A stretch of 64,000 nucleotides of DNA from Ramazzottius varieornatus. Its lineage: Eukaryota > Animalia > Tardigrada. The notes under the pieces were generated by a model. That model searched no databases. It saw only the letters and a program-made list of their open reading frames with translations, and was not told the DNA's origin. Location: positions 992,690 to 1,056,689 of the forward strand of contig BDGG01000003.1 of the NCBI GenBank assembly GCA_001949185.1, written 5' to 3'. Shown piece by piece: positions 58,486 to 64,000 of the stretch (position 1 is its first letter; every line of letters starts with the position of its first letter). Made by a program: the position numbers and the translations under genes.

Positions 58486-59122
58486 GTTCAGAGTCCCGTG
58501 GGGTGGGAGGAAAATCTGGACTCTTGGAAAACAGTGTGTTTTTTTTGGGTGTTGCCCACTTTATGGAATAGGGCAGTAGGTTACGTGATGCAGTGACTTC
58601 GATGATTCGCCCTTTGATAGCGAGTTCATCAGGTATAATTTCCCAGGAGGGTAGGAGGAACCAGTGAAGCTCCACTTCCGGGTCCCCCGAAAGGACAGCA
58701 GCTGTTTCTCTCGAACAATTTACATGTACCCGGTACGGTTCCAAAGGGGCAATTCCATGGTCCAATAGGCCGTTCTGGTTTTCGCTGACTTGGGCTTATT
58801 CACAGGCTCGCAGCGAATGTATCGTACAGAAGGTTCGGCGAAGTGCAGTGAATTATTTTCACCAATTTTCAGCGACTTAACGCCTGTAGCACCACGTGTT
58901 TTGTGTCAGAATTTACACAGAGCGCGTATTCGCATACCTAAGTTCGGCAAGTGCTGCGCATCCGTCTGAGTTTCGAGATAAAATTTCTGTCCGTCACCCC
59001 AAAATTAGGCCAACCAACTATCTTGCCGTCGACTGGGACTATTCCTCGAAGGGCGTCGTACTGCGTACCACAGCACATACACGGTTTTAGTTTGCCATCG
59101 TCAGAGTATCACGTATTACCCA

Positions 59123-59843
59123 GATCTGTGGGTGCCAGAGCTCGGGTATCCTACTGCCCGGGCTCTGGCTAGCAATGGAATGAGGGCGGTTGCTTAAGCA
59201 AATAGAGGATCGAACGATGTTGGCCTTCCTGAAGCATTACAACTCGTCTTGGCGTTATAAGATAACTTTCAACTTCCGGTCCAATATCGGCTGTGCTTTC
59301 CAGAAACTGCGCAACGAGCTACCAAAAGGCTGGAACGATCTGTCTGCCATCCACTGCGATCTTTTGAAAGAGGAAGACTTTATCCGCTTGTTCATGGAGA
59401 TCAAGAAGTTCGGTCATGTGGATGTATTAGTGAACAACGCCGCCTGGTGTGGAACAGGCTTCGTTATCGAAGGGTCTACTAAGGCCGAATGGCAACGGAT
59501 GCTGAACGTATGTATTATCGATTACGAACCTTGGGCCTGCCAGTGTGGCGTTTTCACTTTTGCCCAATTTCCGATCGCGAACACCTTAACAGCGTTATGT
59601 ATTCGGCTCAGTGTGATAGCTGGAACGATGTACACTCCAAAAGCCACTCGACTGATGAGAAAAAACATGTGAATGACGGGCACATCATCAATATCAACAC
59701 CTTGTGAAAAGTAAGGCTGCTCTCGCTTCTTTCCACAAGATTGATCCAGCGACATCTCGGATGCTGTTGTATACATCTTGGGCGCTCCAGCGCATGTGAA
59801 CGTTCGAGAACTAACAATGGTCTCAACAGAGCAGGCTTGGTAG
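59123..59843 (+). pseudogene. DHRS11-like short-chain dehydrogenase pseudogene
   Basis: Frameshifted GA-SSGI..ARALASNGMRAVA*, HCDL, FGHVDVLVNNA, frameshifted VNDGHIININ, and DISDAVVYILGAPAHVNV. No catalytic YxxxK segment seen. Confidence 0.75.
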
Positions 59844-59979
59844 TGACGAAGAAGCCACTCTTGAGATAATACCTGCACAGTAAGTTGGTCTAACAGTACA
59901 ATTTACTACGGCTCGGAGATCGGGTTCGTGGAAAAAAAGCGGAGTGACAGCTACAGTGTACAAAACCGACCATCACAAA

Positions 59980-62459
59980 TCAGGCACGAAACGAATTTAG
60001 TTTTTTCGACCCTTCAACGGGTATCACAAAAGGAGGAGCCGGCAACGCAGTATTGGTACCGTAGATATCACAGCGAAGATAGGCACATGGCGTGACTTTC
60101 CAGGCGTAGCGAAGGAACGCAACACCTTTGCCTTGGCACTCGGTAACATCGAGCGTTATCGCCTTAATTGTGCTGCTCGTAATACTGCTGGGGACCCAAG
60201 AATGGCAGTCCTGCCAGCTTGACATTGGTATGCCAGCGCAGCAAACCTGGAACAATAAATCAGAACTGAGGCCACCCGTCGATTAACACCGAGTGGGATG
60301 GTGTACAGCACCTGTCCACCTTTCTCACCTCAAAATTATGATTTGAGCTATTCTTGACGATAATCGGTGCCGGGTCGAAGTGGATCGTCAACTGGCTGCC
60401 CGCTTGACTCAACGCTATCGGATACGGACCTTGGAATGGGACTTTGACGCCGTATACGGTATTGAGCGCGCCCAATGTCAGTCTTTGCGCCACTTCTTCC
60501 TTGTACCGTGGATGAATTCTGCAAAACAAAAAGCATCTGGTAAGCAATGGGCACCGCGCCAATTAATTATTCCACGAATAGGCTTTCTCTCACGAGTTAT
60601 AAGGCGAATCTGGGTCGGGAAGGTCCATGGCGACGGCCATGAAGACGTTCTGAAGAACCTTATTGGGTGCGAAACCCACGTCTGCCGTCTGATGCCATCG
60701 TACCACTGGCGTCCCTGTATCTTCTTCATTCTTGTCTCCAATCTGCACAAAGCCAAACGGTAGTCTCGCACTTCGAAAAGCTTTCCTCCACGACGCGATC
60801 ATAGCTGGGAAGAGGCACAGGTAATCGTCGGGTCGGGCACCCATTGCATCCGCCTCGCCTGCAGCCAAAATTGTTCAAACAGACCGACATCAGTCTGGAA
60901 TATATAAGAGCGGGTTCTTGAAATTTCTTCTTACCCTGGTACCATAGCGCGCCTTTGATTTGTAGGGGTGTCAGCGGTGCGATCATGGCGTTCCACAGTA
61001 CAGAAGGGTCCGCAGGGTACTTGAGAAGCCATGGTTCGTACATGGGCATCTCGAGATCCGTCAGGGGAGTTGTTGGGCACTGTTCCCCCACTTCCGGGGG
61101 AGACCAAGCGCGAATCGGCGTGCCTCCGTAGTATGAGCCGATAAGTCCCACTGGAATGTCCAGCTTCTCTTGCAGACGACGTCCGAATGCCCAACATACT
61201 GCCGAGAACTCCGCCAATGAAACTAGAATACACAACTTTGGGCTTTTTCAGCGGCTATTTCCTGCGAACACTGGGGTATGTACCTGAACTGGGCATAGCC
61301 CATGCTTGGTATATATCCGGTTCGAGGAGTGGATTGGGTGCGTCGCTTTTCAGGATTTGGAGGAATCGAATACTGTCTTTGTACGTCCGCGCATACTGAA
61401 GCTCCTCAGTTCCATTAAACATCTACGAGGGAAAAACCAATTAGCGGTAGCATTTTTTCAACAAGCATTCAGCATTCCCAAATGAAGTTGCACATGACGT
61501 GTTACAGTGTTGCCAGTAGTGACTGTAGTGTGCGCCAGTAGTTCATGGTATAAAGCCAGTAGTTCAATGCATGGAATTATTCAAATTGCCACGTGCGTCG
61601 TGTTTGTGTGTGTGACATATTGTACCTGTTGCACTTGGAATTCCATATTGCTCTGCCCGCTGCACAACCAGACATCTCCAAAGAGCACTGCTCTCAGCGG
61701 GACCATTTCCTTGTCCCCATCGACAACCGATGTGGCTTCGATGTCGTATGGTCCACCGGCTTCGCTCGGCGGAAGTTGGATCAGCCATGTCCCGTCCGCT
61801 GAAATTACACGAGGATAATATCGTGAAACAAAAGCGATATAGATTCAACCGAAAGTGGATGTACCTTCAATTACGGTCTTCAGAAGAGAACTCTGGAACG
61901 TAACATGAACTTCCTGGTTGGCTTCTCCAAACCCCCACACTCGAGCGCCAGGCTTCCCACGTTGTAGCACCATCCCATCTTGAAAATAGTTTGCAAAGCG
62001 AAACTCTGCCTTCTGTCTAACAGCCGATTTAATCTTCTTTGGAGGTATAGCGGCAGATTTCCGATAGATGACTTCGGTTCGTTCCACGTAGACCAGTGTG
62101 GCTTCTTCCCCGACTGCCGTCTTCTTCCACGTTTGACGAGCCGACCATTCGCTTTTCCCTGCATGCAAAAAAACCCGCTGGTTGCGTACCACAATACAGT
62201 TAGGACAGAAAGTATATTGTACTTTACCGACTCGTAAACACGGTCTGCGTGATCTGAATAGACCCCATCGTCTCAGACAGTCCTCGGAATCATCCGAATC
62301 ATGATCCAAGGGAGGAAGGTATTGGACGAGAAGGAGGATTATGACAGCTGCGACAACGTACACGAAACATGCTGGCTGCATCATCTTGCAATTGATTCTG
62401 CCCATGGGGCAACACCGACAGGTGTCTCCAAGAATGGCGAGGAATTTGATGAAGCCCAA
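59980..62459 (-). CDS. SIAE: Sialate O-acetylesterase
   Basis: FANYFQDGMVLQR, GDVWLCSGQSNME, FSAVCWAFGRRL, GGTPIRAWS, LWNAMIAPL, GALWYQ|GEADA, VRWHQTAD, IHPRYKEEVAQRL and RYAW. Start codon uncertain. Confidence 0.95.
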
Positions 62460-62671
62460 GCCCAGGGACGACCTGGAACTGTTATCAACTAAGCAGCACC
62501 GTGTCGATAGATGCCAATGTGGGTCGAAAGAAGATAACGGTTCAGAAAGCCCAAGAAATCTCTGAGTCGGTTCGATGGCGTAGAAATTTTCGAAAGCTAT
62601 GTTGCCGTTTACCTATCAATCAAAATCAATCGAAATGTTGGTATTTTCTCAAGGCGCCTATAAACAGCTGC

Positions 62672-63243
62672 TATGGTGAGCCGGGCGATTCAAAAGTCCA
62701 CAGTACTTTTACCGCGGGTGCATGCGCGGAGAAACTCCATGCGCGGCGAAATACTTTTTCCGCGCATGCACCCGCGGATAAAGTCAGTTTATCCGCGCAT
62801 CCATGCGCGGAGAAACAGTCAAACCGCGCATGGAGCGCTGAAAAACTAGTTTCCCCGCGGGTGGATGCGCGGAAAAAGTATTTCACCGTGCACGGAGTTC
62901 TCCGCGCATGCACCCGCGGTAAAAGTCAGTTTATCCGCGCATCCATGCGCGGAGAAACAGTCAAACCGCGCATGGAGCGCTGAAAAACTAGTTTCCCCGC
63001 GGGTGGATGCGCGGAAAAAGTATTTCACCGTGCACGGAGTTCTCCGCGCATGCACCCGCGGTAAAAGTCAGTTTATCCGCGCATCCATGCGCGGAGAAAC
63101 AGTCAAACCGCGCATGGAGCGCTGAAAAACTAGTTTCCCCGCGGGTGGATGCGCGGAAAAAGTATTTCACCGTGCACGGAGTTCTCCGCGCATGCACCCG
63201 CGGTAAAAGTACTGTGGACTTTTGAATCGCCCGGCTCACCATA
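62672..63243. mobile_element. TIR element containing three tandem 142-bp units
   Basis: ~60-bp TIRs TATGGTGAGCCGGGCGATTCAAAAGTCCACAGTACTTTTACCGCGGG; units start at 62759, 62901 and 63043; flanked by direct repeat AGCTGC. Confidence 0.9.
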
Positions 63244-63525
63244 AGCTGCAAACACCAAGTCGAGATCGAAGGCCTGCATTGCGCATTCTAACATGGATGA
63301 TGTCATGGTCGCGAGCCAGACCGAACACTAACACAATGACATCATTCATTGCACTGGATAAATGAATCAGAACTGATTATTTCGAATTTCCGATGAGTAC
63401 TGTGCGTCTCAGCTCTTGGGCTCAGTCTCAGACTTCCCAGAGGAAGCGAGATTTGGATCAAAAAGGGAACAAAAAGGGAAGATTTAGCCCCTGAACCCCC
63501 ACCCTTCGACCCCCCTCTTTAGCCT

Positions 63526-63563
63526 AGGCTCTGAGGCTCTGAGGCTCTGAGGCTCTGAGGCTC
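63526..63563. repeat. (AGGCTCTG)n short tandem repeat
   Basis: aggctctg repeated four times plus a partial copy. Confidence 0.9.
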
Positions 63564-64000
63564 AGCATTAAACATGGGTTACTCTTGAACTATCGAGCAA
63601 GGGAAGGTTTGATATAAGCAATTCAATGTAGAAATTAACACCCTGATTACCACCGTGCTCATTGTGAGTACAATACGGCACTTTTTCGCTCCCCGTAATT
63701 TCCATTTTCCCGGTTTGAATCAAACTTTTTTTCTTTGCTTGGTCTGCGGTCTTATCAGCAGAGCGCAGCCGATGACCACTGGTCAGTACAACTTTCCGCA
63801 GGCTGGAAAAAGTCCTTACGATTTCGGGCAGTTTCGGGGGTATTTTAGGTTCCATGTCTTTGCTCGAGATACATAGCTACCATCTGTTTAGAAAAAAATT
63901 GAAACACTGAGGAGAGCTCCCTCTGCCAATACTAGGCCTGGGACAAACTTGGTGTCATCTGTGCGTCCAGAAAAAAATCAAAACGGCCAGGGCTACTTTT

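Noticed and set aside
62501-63251. Repetitive ORFs / CRISPR-like appearance
   Set aside because: Translations of a 142-bp tandem repeat; no unique spacers, no cas genes, eukaryotic context.

Overview
Compact eukaryotic (metazoan) genomic DNA with GT-AG introns, many only ~60 nt long. The gene set and intron style suggest an invertebrate, most like a tardigrade; this is inference only. Recognisable spliced genes: a Fer3/PTF1-type bHLH, a LITAF-domain gene (missed by the ORF track), BRSK/SAD kinase, a six-finger C2H2 protein, EEFSEC, a FAM210B-like gene, a white-type ABCG half-transporter with a degenerate nucleotide-binding domain (NBD), a K2P channel, a natriuretic-receptor-like membrane protein with no cyclase, SIAE, and a decayed SDR pseudogene. 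The most novel-looking content is lineage-specific and secreted. (i) Three tandem Gly-rich paralogs share one conserved aromatic 'GID..GP|GG.WG.GGFWG' core and a conserved 3'-UTR motif. (ii) A His/Arg/Trp-rich prepropeptide gene sits next to a cryptic Tyr/Gly-rich sister interrupted by two in-frame TGA codons. Also present: an orphan Cys-rich gene, a decayed pogo/Tigger transposon with terminal inverted repeats (TIRs), several MITE/foldback families, and a ~300-bp near-identical inverted duplication bracketing EEFSEC and FAM210B. All gene models were spliced by eye and need RNA-seq confirmation.
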